38,026 nucleotides of DNA from Deltaproteobacteria bacterium (GTDB taxonomy: Bacteria; Myxococcota; JACRCW01), in the NCBI GenBank assembly GCA_016218805.1, contig JACRCW010000086.1:1-38026 (forward strand), written 5' to 3'. Every line of letters begins with the position of its first letter. Positions within the stretch are counted from its first letter, which is position 1. A program made the translations under genes and the position numbers. The notes under the pieces were generated by a model, which made no database searches, was not told the origin of the DNA, and saw only the letters and a program-made list of their open reading frames with translations. This document shows positions 9,113-18,072 of this stretch, in pieces.

Positions 9113-11856
9113 GGTGGATCCCCACTACAGCCCTGCTGCAGGCTGACTGCCTGCGCCGCCAGACGCTGACCCGGCGCGCCGGAATTCGCCAGCAGGCTTT
9201 GCGCCTCCTGGCCCAACTGGCACACGCGGTCCGGGCGCTGGCGCAACGCCTTCAGGGCGCTGGCCACCACCACCATGGAATCCGCGCGTTCCGTGGGGGC
9301 GGCGTGGGACGCTTCCCGGCTGCGGAGGGAGGCCTCCGCCAGCGTGAGGGCTTCCGGCGCTGCTCCTTGCCCCAGCAGTGCGCGCGCCAGCGCGCAACGA
9401 GCGGACGCGGTGTACTCGTTGTCCAGCCCCATCACGGCCTCCAGCCGGCTGAGGACCGCCCGGTAGCGCGCCACCGCCGGGCGGGTCTGACCCAGCTGCC
9501 TGAGCGCATCAGCGCCACCTTTCTGGCACAGCAGCGTGATGAGATGGTCCGAGCCCAACGTGGTGGCGGCGGCTCTGGCACAGCCGTCAAACTCGCGCAG
9601 GGCATCCTCCGGGCGGCCGCCCACCAACAGGGCGTCACCCAGGTTGTTGGTGGCGGTGAGACTGCGCGGGTGCGCGGCACCCACCGTTTCCCTGGTGAGG
9701 GTGCGGCTTGCCTCCATCAGCGCAAGCGCTTCCGGCAGCCGGCCCAGGCGCTTGAGTGCGAGGCCTTGATTGATCATGGGCACGGCCAGCAGCGGATGGT
9801 GCGGGCCCAGGTGGTCTGACAACCGCGCGGCCACGGCTTCAAACTGGTCCAGCGCAGCCTGCGCGTTTCCCTGCTTGAGCAGGAGGACGCCCAGTTCATT
9901 GTGAATGTCATCCTGCCCCATCCAGGACGCGCGCGCGCCGGCCCGCCACAACGTCAAGGCCCGGCGTTGATGCTCCTCCGCCAGCGTCCATTGTCCCTGG
10001 GCGCGCGCCACGCGGCCCGCGGCGTAACGCCAGATGAGTTCCGCGTCCTGTGGGTGGGTGGTGCGGCTGGCCAGGGATTGGGCCAGGCGGCCGGGCGGGA
10101 CCGCGGCGTCACGCTTGAGCGCCAGGGCGCCAAGCACCCAGTGCAGCTGCGTGAACGCGCGTTGGGCGTCGTCGTCGTCACCCATCTGGACGGCGGCTTC
10201 CGCGGCTTGCCACCAGCCAACTTCCGCCTCTGCGTACTTGCCCGCCGCCACGGCCGTGCGGGCCAGCAGTTCAGCAGCTTCATGTTGCAGCGGGAGATAG
10301 CCGGTCTGTTGCGCCCGTTGCTGCGCGGCCTGCGCCGCCTCAAACGCCTTGTGTGACTGGCCCGCCGTCAACCAGCCATCCACGCGCGCCAGCGTCTCCC
10401 TCACCCCACGAACCGCCGACGCCGCGGCCGCGTCCGCTGGCAGCCAGTCGCCTTGCTCGAGGCAGGCCCGCACGTCGGAGAGATGCGCCAGCGGCTGGAG
10501 ACCGCGCTCCAGTGCCAGGCCCTGGGGTTCCGTCACCTGGAGGAACGCCTCCACCTCCAGGGTGCGCTGCTGGAGGCAGTCGGTGGCCTGCGGCAACGGC
10601 GCCCACGCGTCACAGGTCCGCGCGCGGGCGGCTTCCCAGGACAACGCAAACGTCCGCAGTTGTTCCTGCGCGGCGGACCACACCGCGGCCGGGCCCGGGC
10701 CGTTGTTGACAAAGCGTTCCCGTGCTGCCGCCCATGACGGGCCACGCAGGACCGCATCCAGGTCACCCGCCGCGTCTTCACAGGCCGCATGGCGTTGTGC
10801 GCGGACCCCCACGGTGACGCCTGCCAGCAGCGTGACCACCAGGACCGCCGTCAGCGCCCTGGACAGGCGTGGTGACGCCTGGGGAGACAGGGCTGCGGCC
10901 ACGCTGGACATGGAGGCCAGGCGCTCCTGGGGCAAGGTGGACACTCCGCGCAGCAGCGTGCGCAACAGTGCATCGGGAACCTTGCGGCGCCCGCGTTGCG
11001 CCGCAGGCACGTCCTGCAAGGTCATCCCGGCCCTGGGAAGCACGCCCACCAGGACCTCCAGCGCGGTGGCACAGAACGCAAACTGGTCGGTGCACGCGCT
11101 GCCCCTTTCTCCTCGCCAAAGTTCCGGCGCCATGTACGCGGGGGTGCCGCCCCGCTTCTCCGCCGCCGCCGGTGCGCCGGCCGAGCCCTCCTCTTGGGCC
11201 AGGCCAAAATCTATGAGGCACGCGTGGCCATTGGCGCGTACCAGGATGTTGGCGGGCTTGATGTCACCGTGGACCAACCCGTTGGCGTGAACGGCGCCCA
11301 GGCCCTGCGCCACCTGGCGGAGGGTCTCCAGCAGCACGGGCGTGTCCGGTTTGTGGTGTCGTTGCCACGCATCCAGGGTGTGGCCCACCACGCGTTCCAT
11401 CACCAGCAACAGTTGTCCTTCCGCCCAGATGACGTCGTGGATGGGGACCACGTGCGGATGGACCACGCGGGCCAGCGCAGTGGCCTCTGCTTTGAGGCGC
11501 CGGTGCGCGTCCGGGGTCCGGTTGTGCAGTGCCACCACCTTGATGGCCACGCGCCGGTCCAGCACGGCGTCATACGCGGAATAGACCGCGCCCATGCCGC
11601 CGCGTCCCAGCAACTCCAGGATCACAAAGCGGCCCGCCAGGCGTTGGGGCGTGTGGACGGTGTTGGGCAGGTCGCTGGCGTCGGGCGTAGCGGGGGGGGC
11701 CGGTGCGCGGGAGAGTTCCGCCAGGACCTCGCGGCAGTCCCAGCAGGTGGCCAGGTGGTGGTCCAGCGCTTCCCGCGCGGCGGTTGGCAGGTCTCCCTGG
11801 ACGTAGGCGTCCAGCGCCGCGTCTTCCGGACAGCCTGTGGGTGGGTGGGTCGTCAT
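9109..11856 (-). CDS. Ser/Thr protein kinase with N-terminal zinc-finger, TM helix and C-terminal TPR repeats
   Basis: HHLATCWDC (ZAS-like), LGRGGMGAVY, VAIK, HGDIKPANIL, DFGLA, GTPAYMAPE, a TM segment, and kinesin-light-chain-like TPRs (LGPHHPLLAV, VGAAHPRSL). Confidence 0.93.
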   Translation of the reverse strand: MTTHPPTGCPEDAALDAYVQGDLPTAAREALDHHLATCWDCREVLAELSRAPAPPATPDASDLPNTVHTPQRLAGRFVILELLGRGGMGAVYSAYDAVLDRRVAIKVVALHNRTPDAHRRLKAEATALARVVHPHVVPIHDVIWAEGQLLLVMERVVGHTLDAWQRHHKPDTPVLLETLRQVAQGLGAVHANGLVHGDIKPANILVRANGHACLIDFGLAQEEGSAGAPAAAEKRGGTPAYMAPELWRGERGSACTDQFAFCATALEVLVGVLPRAGMTLQDVPAAQRGRRKVPDALLRTLLRGVSTLPQERLASMSSVAAALSPQASPRLSRALTAVLVVTLLAGVTVGVRAQRHAACEDAAGDLDAVLRGPSWAAARERFVNNGPGPAAVWSAAQEQLRTFALSWEAARARTCDAWAPLPQATDCLQQRTLEVEAFLQVTEPQGLALERGLQPLAHLSDVRACLEQGDWLPADAAAASAVRGVRETLARVDGWLTAGQSHKAFEAAQAAQQRAQQTGYLPLQHEAAELLARTAVAAGKYAEAEVGWWQAAEAAVQMGDDDDAQRAFTQLHWVLGALALKRDAAVPPGRLAQSLASRTTHPQDAELIWRYAAGRVARAQGQWTLAEEHQRRALTLWRAGARASWMGQDDIHNELGVLLLKQGNAQAALDQFEAVAARLSDHLGPHHPLLAVPMINQGLALKRLGRLPEALALMEASRTLTRETVGAAHPRSLTATNNLGDALLVGGRPEDALREFDGCARAAATTLGSDHLITLLCQKGGADALRQLGQTRPAVARYRAVLSRLEAVMGLDNEYTASARCALARALLGQGAAPEALTLAEASLRSREASHAAPTERADSMVVVASALKALRQRPDRVCQLGQEAQSLLANSGAPGQRLAAQAVSLQQGCSGDPP

Positions 11857-12078
11857 CGGTGGGCCGCCGGAAGACCTTAAGTGGTCGCGCGCCCACCCAC
11901 CAGCGGATTTCGCCCCGTGTCGACGTCACCCGCGCGCACCCTGGTGGGGACAGCCAGGCGCCAGCGGGGGCGCCGGAACCGCGCTGCGGATCTCTCAGGA
12001 AAAGTTCTGCGACAACCCGCCAACCCTTGCGTCCAGGGGTGACGGCTCCGTGTGTTGGACGCCGTCAGGAGGCCACAC

Positions 12079-12690
12079 GTGGTGAAACCCCCCGCAGTGT
12101 CATGGCTGCCCGCGCGCTTTGGCGGCCGCTTACCCCTCGCCCTGACCCTGACCGTGTCCACCCTCCTGGGAGCCAACCTGGCGCAGGCCGAGCCGCTACT
12201 GGGCCCGCCCGGCGCCGCCGTGGCGCTGGTCAAGCGCCAGCCCGCGCCGCCGCCGGATGAACGCGAAGAAGATAACGCGTTCTTCAAAGCCCTCTACAAG
12301 GTCAACAGTTTCTACCCCGTGGTGCTGGACAAGGACCTGGAGCCGGAGGTGCGCAGCAAGGTGGTTCCGCTGTGGATCACCACGGTGTTTTGCGGTCCCT
12401 TCTTGGGTCCGCTGTGGATTCCCATGCTGATTGTCGGGGAGAATCCCGGGGCGGAGTACTTCATCAAGGAAGCGCTGATCGCGGTGGTGGTGGAGATGGC
12501 GGGGTACCTGCTGGGTGGAACCACCACGGCGTTTGCCGGCCTGGGCTCCATCATCATCGTGGCGCAGTTGCTGTATTTCTCTCCGGTCTCGCTGATTGAC
12601 GGCTATGACCGCGCGCTTAAGCGTCAACGGGCCAAGGCGGCGCGGCAGGATGGTCAGCCCAACCCGCGCAAGCGCAAAGCCGTCCGGTGA
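12079..12690 (+). CDS. Hypothetical membrane protein with signal peptide
   Basis: AGGAGG RBS before GTG 12079. Signal-like LALTLTVSTLLGANLAQA, then about 3 hydrophobic segments and a basic tail. Confidence 0.7.
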   Translation: MVKPPAVSWLPARFGGRLPLALTLTVSTLLGANLAQAEPLLGPPGAAVALVKRQPAPPPDEREEDNAFFKALYKVNSFYPVVLDKDLEPEVRSKVVPLWITTVFCGPFLGPLWIPMLIVGENPGAEYFIKEALIAVVVEMAGYLLGGTTTAFAGLGSIIIVAQLLYFSPVSLIDGYDRALKRQRAKAARQDGQPNPRKRKAVR

Positions 12691-12740
12691 CGGCGGACAC
12701 GATCACGTCAGCCGTAGCGACCAACGCGAACGACACGAGG

Positions 12741-13034
12741 CTTGGTCCCTGGGCTCCAGGTCACTCAGCAGGGCGGCCATCTCCAGCACGGCCGTGCACG
12801 AATGCGTGAGCAGCGCCTTGCGTGCGCACAGGTTGCCCTCCAGCCACGCGTGGTAGCGCCGCGTGAACGGCCCGTCACCGGCCAGCGAGCGGGACTGCAG
12901 CGCCTCCTGCAGGTACGCGGTTTCGCGGCCCGTCAGAAAGGGCCGGTTGAAGGGCACGGGCGTCGTCGGTGCAGCGGTCATCGGGGCTCCTGGGTGCGCG
13001 GGGCTGTAGCGCGCCCCGGCCGCGCGCGCCACGG
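12741..13034 (-). pseudogene. rffA: Truncated duplicate of the rffA 5' end (direct repeat copy 2)
   Basis: Encodes MTAAPTTPVPFNRP...LEMAALLSDLEPRDQ, then diverges. About 96% identical to 7861-8154. Confidence 0.92.
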
Positions 13035-13292
13035 GACGCACATGGGCTGCGGGGCCGCGATCTGCGGAAGCAGCGCCGTCGTCGCCGCGTGCAGGCGCTG
13101 CGCCTCGGCGAGGGCCCGCTTCACCCGCGCGTTCACCGTCCGCCCGCCCATGGCGGAATGGCCCTGCACCGACCCGCGGGTGGGTGCCGCGCTGCGGCGG
13201 AAGATCCCGCCGCCGGACAAGTGCGCGCCGGCGAACGCGGGCGGTCCCGACGAGGCGTGCGAAAAGGAGGACCAGTCCCACCAGCCGGGATC
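13035..13292 (-). pseudogene. Probable tyrosine recombinase (Cre-like integrase) remnant
   Basis: High-GC3 frame with no start, reading AHLSGGGIFRR...GHSAMGGRTVNARVKRALAEA, which resembles the Cre-like GPLFRR...LSGRAVARIVKRRAAAA segment. It is followed, after a +1 shift, by CGC AGC CCA TGT GCG (13051-13037), a degenerate H-S-L-R-A box II. Confidence 0.5.
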
Positions 13293-14549
13293 CTATGGGT
13301 CTTCCGCCTGGCGGACGGGCAACGTCATCGTGAAGGTCGTGCCGCGGCCGGGCGCGCTCTCCACGTCAAGCAACCCGGCGTTGGCCTCGACCAGCGCGTG
13401 GCTGATGGACAGCCCGAGCCCGGTCCCGGTGTCCTTGGTCGTGAAGTACGGCTCGAAGATCTTGGATTGGATCTCCACTGGGATGCCGGCACCTGAGTCC
13501 TTGACGTCGACGGCGAGGGCCTGGGCGCCGCGGAGCAGCGTTGGGCGCAATGCCAGGACGAGCGTTCCACCTCCCTCCATCGCATCCATGGCATTGCGCA
13601 CGAGGTTGATCAGCACCTGTTTCACCTGCGCCGGGTCCGCCCATACGATCGCAACCCGCGACTCCGCGGTGCGCTGCAGGACGATGCCCGCGGGACCGCG
13701 CACTGCCGCGGTCATCGCATCCACCTCGTCGAGAATCGCGCCCACGTCGACAGCCGAGGGCTCCGGATGCGGCGGCCGCGCGAACTGGAGGAATTGAGTA
13801 AGGACGCCCTCGAGGCGCTGCAGTTCGTCCAGGAGGATGCTGGCGAGACGGGCCTTGGGCGTGCTGGGCGGGATGTCCTCCACCAGCACCTCCGCACTTC
13901 CGCGGATGGAACTCAGCGGGTTGCGTATTTCGTGGGCGAGGCCCGCGCTGAGGTGACCAAGCGCGCTGAGTTTCTCGCTCCTGACCAGTTGGGTCCGCAC
14001 CCGGTCGCGTTCATCAAGGGCCGTCTCCAACCGGCGGGCCAGCGCCTCGGATTCGCGCAGCGCGCGCACCCACCGATCTGAGAGCATCCCTGCCAGCCAC
14101 CCCACACCGTGGAACACGGCAAGTTCCACGAACTTCTCTGCGCTGGGAGAAGGATCTCCGGACAGTGGCACGCCGAAGACGGAGTACGCCGCGGGATGGC
14201 CGGCCTCCGCCGTCACGTGACCGGCCAGGCCCGCGGCGTGGTCGTGGCCCATGAAGAACGCGTGGGGCAGGTAGGCCAGCGCGCAGCCGGCCGCCGCGAG
14301 CAGGCCGCCGCGCGCGCCGAAACCCACCGCGGCAACGACGATGGGTACGTAGTACAAGCGGCGGAGGAGGTTGTGGATGACCACAAAATCCATGGGCACG
14401 ATGACGTGGCCCACGGTGATGGCAACGGCGGTGGCTACGACCACCGCTCTGAGCCGCTGGTCCCGCCACAGTTGCGGGCGGGGGGGGAGCGGAATGAATG
14501 AGCCCGGCGCTCCAACCGGATGGGGTCCTTCGGTGGGCGACGTCAGCAT
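13293..14549 (-). CDS. Membrane sensor histidine kinase (NtrB/ZraS-like) with His-rich membrane input domain
   Basis: HNLLRRLYYVPI...LPHAFFMGHDH, H-box LAHEIRNPL, N-box QVLINLVRNA, DSGAGI, FEPYFTTK, GTGLGL. GGAGGGAG RBS. Confidence 0.92.
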   Translation of the reverse strand: MLTSPTEGPHPVGAPGSFIPLPPRPQLWRDQRLRAVVVATAVAITVGHVIVPMDFVVIHNLLRRLYYVPIVVAAVGFGARGGLLAAAGCALAYLPHAFFMGHDHAAGLAGHVTAEAGHPAAYSVFGVPLSGDPSPSAEKFVELAVFHGVGWLAGMLSDRWVRALRESEALARRLETALDERDRVRTQLVRSEKLSALGHLSAGLAHEIRNPLSSIRGSAEVLVEDIPPSTPKARLASILLDELQRLEGVLTQFLQFARPPHPEPSAVDVGAILDEVDAMTAAVRGPAGIVLQRTAESRVAIVWADPAQVKQVLINLVRNAMDAMEGGGTLVLALRPTLLRGAQALAVDVKDSGAGIPVEIQSKIFEPYFTTKDTGTGLGLSISHALVEANAGLLDVESAPGRGTTFTMTLPVRQAEDP

Positions 14550-14693
14550 GCGGCGCAACTCCCTCCAATGCCCGGGCAACTGCAAGCCGTGCGTGCGCCG
14601 CAGCCATGCGCAACGAAGGGGCGCGCCCGACTGCGCCGCCCGGCCCTGAGAATGGCCTCCACGGCATGGCGCCGCGGATACCTCGCAGATTCC

Positions 14694-17154
14694 TCATGGT
14701 GCTGTTCCACCGGTGGGGCCCGCGGTGAAGCGCCCGGCCTCCCGTTGCAGGGCGCGAACCTGACCGCCGAGGCGCCCTACGGACACCTCCATCAGCCGGA
14801 CAGCGTCGAGGTTTCCACCGCTCGCGCGCTCCATGGTACCCACGGCGCGCGTGATGCTCGCAACGCCGTCGCGTTGGCGTTCCGTCGCTTCGCGGATGGC
14901 TCGCGTCATCCGCGACATTCCCGTGACCGCGCGTGAGGCGGACCCGCTGGCTTGGCTCTGCGCGCGCGAAGTGCTGTGAACTCGCGCACTGACCAGGTGC
15001 GCGTGATCGATGGCCTCGCGAATGCGCTGGCTTGCCTGCCCCTGTTCCCGGTTGGCCTGGGCGATTTGGTCGACCCGTTGGCGGAGCCGGGCGACGGTTG
15101 AACGCACGACGCGGCTGGCGTCTGCCTGGGCGGCCATGGCGGCGACGGTTTCCCCGAGTTTCTGATCGGACGGGCGCATTCCCGCAACGATTCCTGTCAA
15201 CGCCTCGTCCGATTGGCGGGCGCGCGCTTCTCCGTCCAGGGAATGCACCACACCCTGCCGCACGGCGTGCACTGCCTCATCGGTTTCACTCCTGATGGTG
15301 ATGATGAAGGCACCAATCTCGTGCGTTGCACTGCGGGTGCGCTCCGCCAGGTCCTTCATCTCGGCCGCCACCACCCCAAACCCGTGTCCCCGCGTACCCT
15401 CCTGCGCCGCCAGGATGGACGCATTCAGGGCCAGCAGGCTCGCCTGGCTCGCCAGCCGCTCGATCACTGACAGAATGCCGCCGATGCTCTCGACGCTGGT
15501 TGCCAGGCGCATGATGCGGTCAACTGCCAGTTCTGACGAAGCCGGGATGAGCGCCATCCCCGCCACCGTCTCCGCAACGGACTGCTGCCCGCGCTGCGCC
15601 TCCGCGAGCACCTCCGCCGCGATGGTGGCCGCCTCGGAGGTAATCTGCTCCACCGTCGCCGTTGTGCGCTCCATGGTCTCGGCACAACGCCCGGCCTCCG
15701 ACGCGGACAGGACCAGCGCGTCCACGTGGTCGCCCACTTCCGCGCTGGTGCCTGCAACCTCTTCGGTGGAGGTGGCTACCGATTCGAACGAACGTGCCAG
15801 GTCCTCAGCATGGGTGGCGACGTCTCGCGCCTGCGATGCAAGGGCGTCCACAAGCGTGCGCGTCTCGTCCGCTGAAACGTCCAGCGCGGCTGCGCTGCCG
15901 GCAACCCGTGTGATGGAGGCCTCCACTCGCGCCACGGCTTCCCGGCTTTCGCGGGCCTGATCGGCCAGGCCCCTCGTGGATTCGGTGAGGTCTGCCGAGG
16001 CGCGGCGCAGCTCCGAAGCAACGAGGTCCATCTCGCCCGCGGAGCCGCGCACGCTGCGCACGACGGCCGCCAGCGATTCGGTGAGGCGATTGAAGTCCCG
16101 CCCGAGCTGTCCGACTTCGTCCGCTACCGGCACGTCCAGCGGCCGCGTCAGGTCCCAGGTGGACGTCACGGACCGGACGTGGCGCCCCAATGAGAAGAAC
16201 AGCGCCACGCTCCGCCGCAGCGACACGAAATGGAAGAGACCCGACAGGATCATCAACCCGTCGAACACAACGATGATCGCAACAATGCCGCGCCACATGG
16301 CTGCGACGCGTGCGGTCACGTCGAGGTTCGAGCTCATCACACCCAACGTGGCGCCGGATGCGTCGGCCACCGGCGCCACACCCACGGCGTAGTGGCCGCC
16401 CGCAATTGCCCGCAGGTCCAACACCTCCTCCGCAAGGCCGCGCTCCAACAGGTCTGCCAGGGGAACGAACGCGGCCGACGCCGCGGAATCCGAGGAGGCG
16501 TTGAGCACCACCATTCCACCCGCGCTTCCGCGGGCAAGAAGTGCGGTGTCCGTGCCATGGGTGACCTTCATGCAATACAGGACGTCCTCCACATCCTGGG
16601 CCAGTTGGAGAAAGCCCACGGTACGTCCCTCCGCGACCACGAGCCCGGTGCTACGCAGAACGAAGGAGGCACCTGCCACCTCAAGACCGGAGACGGGCCC
16701 AGGGAGGATGCGGCGTGGGCGGCGAGTGCTGCCGCCAGTGGCGAGCCCGCCTGCCCGGGCGCGTGGGCCCGCGCCAGGGCGGTTCCATCCAGCGCGAAGA
16801 AGGACAGCTCGCTGACATGGTGATGCGCCCTGAGGTCCTCGAACACAGGGGCAACAGCGCGCAGCAAGTCCGCAGCTCTCCCCGCTGCCAAGGCGCGCGA
16901 ACCGCCTCCATGCGGGTGAGTCCGGCAAAGGCGAGCGCCAGCCCGGACGCGTCGCGCGCAAGGATCGCGCGGAAGAGGGCGGCCTGACTGCGTGGCATGT
17001 CCCGGAGTTCGTCCTCCAGTTGCTGCCGTTGAGCGTTGTAGGCCAAACGCGTCACCACCACCGTGGTGGTGACGAACAGGAAGGCGACTGCGGCGGCGAT
17101 CCGCCTGCGCATGCGGCGGGGCGGTCCCGCCGGGAAGTCCGGCCGCGGTCTCAT
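14694..17154 (-). pseudogene. Methyl-accepting chemotaxis protein (Cache-type sensor, HAMP, MCP signal), two frameshifts
   Basis: TM1 is in ORF 16681..17238. The Cache-like PVFEDLRAHHHVSELSFFALDG..LARAHAP is in ORF 16568..16891. TM2, HAMP (DEVGQLGRDFNRL) and LLALNASILAAQEG..G.GFGVVAAEMKDLAERT are in ORF 14694..16961. Shifts near 16892 and 16699. Confidence 0.85.
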
Positions 17155-17166
17155 GTCACCAAAGGA

Positions 17167-17182
17167 AGCATCGTGCGTGCCA
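17167..17182 (-). promoter_or_regulatory. sigma54 -24/-12 promoter (MCP)
   Basis: TGGCACGCACGATGCT, GG-N10-GC. Confidence 0.75.
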
Positions 17183-17236
17183 TGCAGCGGCGGTGCGCTC
17201 CTCTGGGGCGCGCATGGACGCGAGCCCGCCGAACAC

Positions 17237-17275
17237 AAGTGGCGGATAGTCGTTAGCGGCCGATGGAGAATACTC
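17237..17275 (+). promoter_or_regulatory. Putative enhancer (UAS) pair between divergent sigma54 promoters
   Basis: AAGTGGCGGATAGTC (17237-17251) and CGATGGAGAATACTC (17261-17275), similar to the motifs at 21954, 21975, 27184 and 35290. Confidence 0.55.
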
Positions 17276-17339
17276 TCACCCGCACATGGCCACCGGCCCG
17301 ATCCCGAACCATTCCTTCCCCAATCCGGCTCTCACGGTG

Positions 17340-17354
17340 TGGCACGGTGAGTGC
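17340..17354 (+). promoter_or_regulatory. sigma54 -24/-12 promoter (lipoprotein)
   Basis: TGGCACGGTGAGTGC, GG-N10-GC. Confidence 0.7.
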
Positions 17355-17404
17355 GTGACACTTGCCATCGCGGAGGTTCTTCCGCGCCCAGGAGGTCTGA
17401 CCGA

Positions 17405-17896
17405 ATGAACCGCGTGACGTTGTTTGGGGGGCTGTTGCTGGCCGGTTGCGGGGCGGGCTCGAACGTGGATGTGGAGGCGTACCGCGCCGCCAACCGTGAG
17501 GTCGCCGCGTCAGTCCAGTTGCACCGGGACCGCTCCAGGACCGCCACCACCACGCAGGACTGTGCGGACGAGCAACGCCGCTATGACGCCGACGTGCGGC
17601 CGAAGGTGGAGCGTGTCCGGACCCTGAGCGACGGCATGGACGGGTGCATGCGGTCGAGCGGAAGGCCCGAGTGGGCGGACATGGGGCGCATGTGCGATTC
17701 CATGATGGGTGAGTTGGACCGCTACGGATCGTCGGCGTGCGGATCGTCCGACCAGGGCGCGAACCGCACGGACGCGAACCGCCACTGCGACGTCATGGAC
17801 GGCTACACGGCGCGCGAGAATGAGCGAGCGGACAACGCCGGCCAGTGCGGGGCCGCGAACGGCGGCGGCATGATGGGCGGCGGTGGAATGATGTAA
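17405..17896 (+). CDS. Met/Cys/His-rich helical lipoprotein, candidate metal-binding protein
   Basis: AGGAGG RBS and MNRVTLFGGLLLAGC lipobox. Mature part has MDGCM, MGRMCDSMM, RHCDVM and a GGGMMGGGGMM tail. Confidence 0.8.
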   Translation: MNRVTLFGGLLLAGCGAGSNVDVEAYRAANREVAASVQLHRDRSRTATTTQDCADEQRRYDADVRPKVERVRTLSDGMDGCMRSSGRPEWADMGRMCDSMMGELDRYGSSACGSSDQGANRTDANRHCDVMDGYTARENERADNAGQCGAANGGGMMGGGGMM

Positions 17897-18029
17897 CGTT
17901 CGCCGTGCCACGCCCTCTCCGCGCGTTCCGGGCCGGCCTGCGTCTGCTCGCGGTCATCCGGAAGCATCATGAGTGACGGCCCGACGAGGAACGGGCGCTG
18001 CAACGGGTCGGCTGCCGCGTGGCCTGGCG

Positions 18030-18044
18030 TGGCACGCGCCGTGC
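18030..18044 (+). promoter_or_regulatory. sigma54 -24/-12 promoter (response regulator)
   Basis: TGGCACGCGCCGTGC, GG-N10-GC. Confidence 0.65.
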
Positions 18045-18072
18045 GGGTCCAGTGACCAAGGAGCCCCCAGGT

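Noticed and set aside
12741..13034. rffA repeat pair as a DGR template/variable repeat
   Set aside because: Mismatches are not adenine-specific on either strand, the repeat is at the gene's 5' end, and there is no reverse transcriptase in the window.
12703..13281. 192-aa ORF as a real fusion gene
   Set aside because: It is an off-frame reading of the integrase-like remnant running into the rffA stub.
14581..14596. sigma54 promoter for kinase-1 (CGCACGGCTTGCA on the minus strand)
   Set aside because: Good -12 element, but no GG at the required N10 spacing. At best a decayed site.
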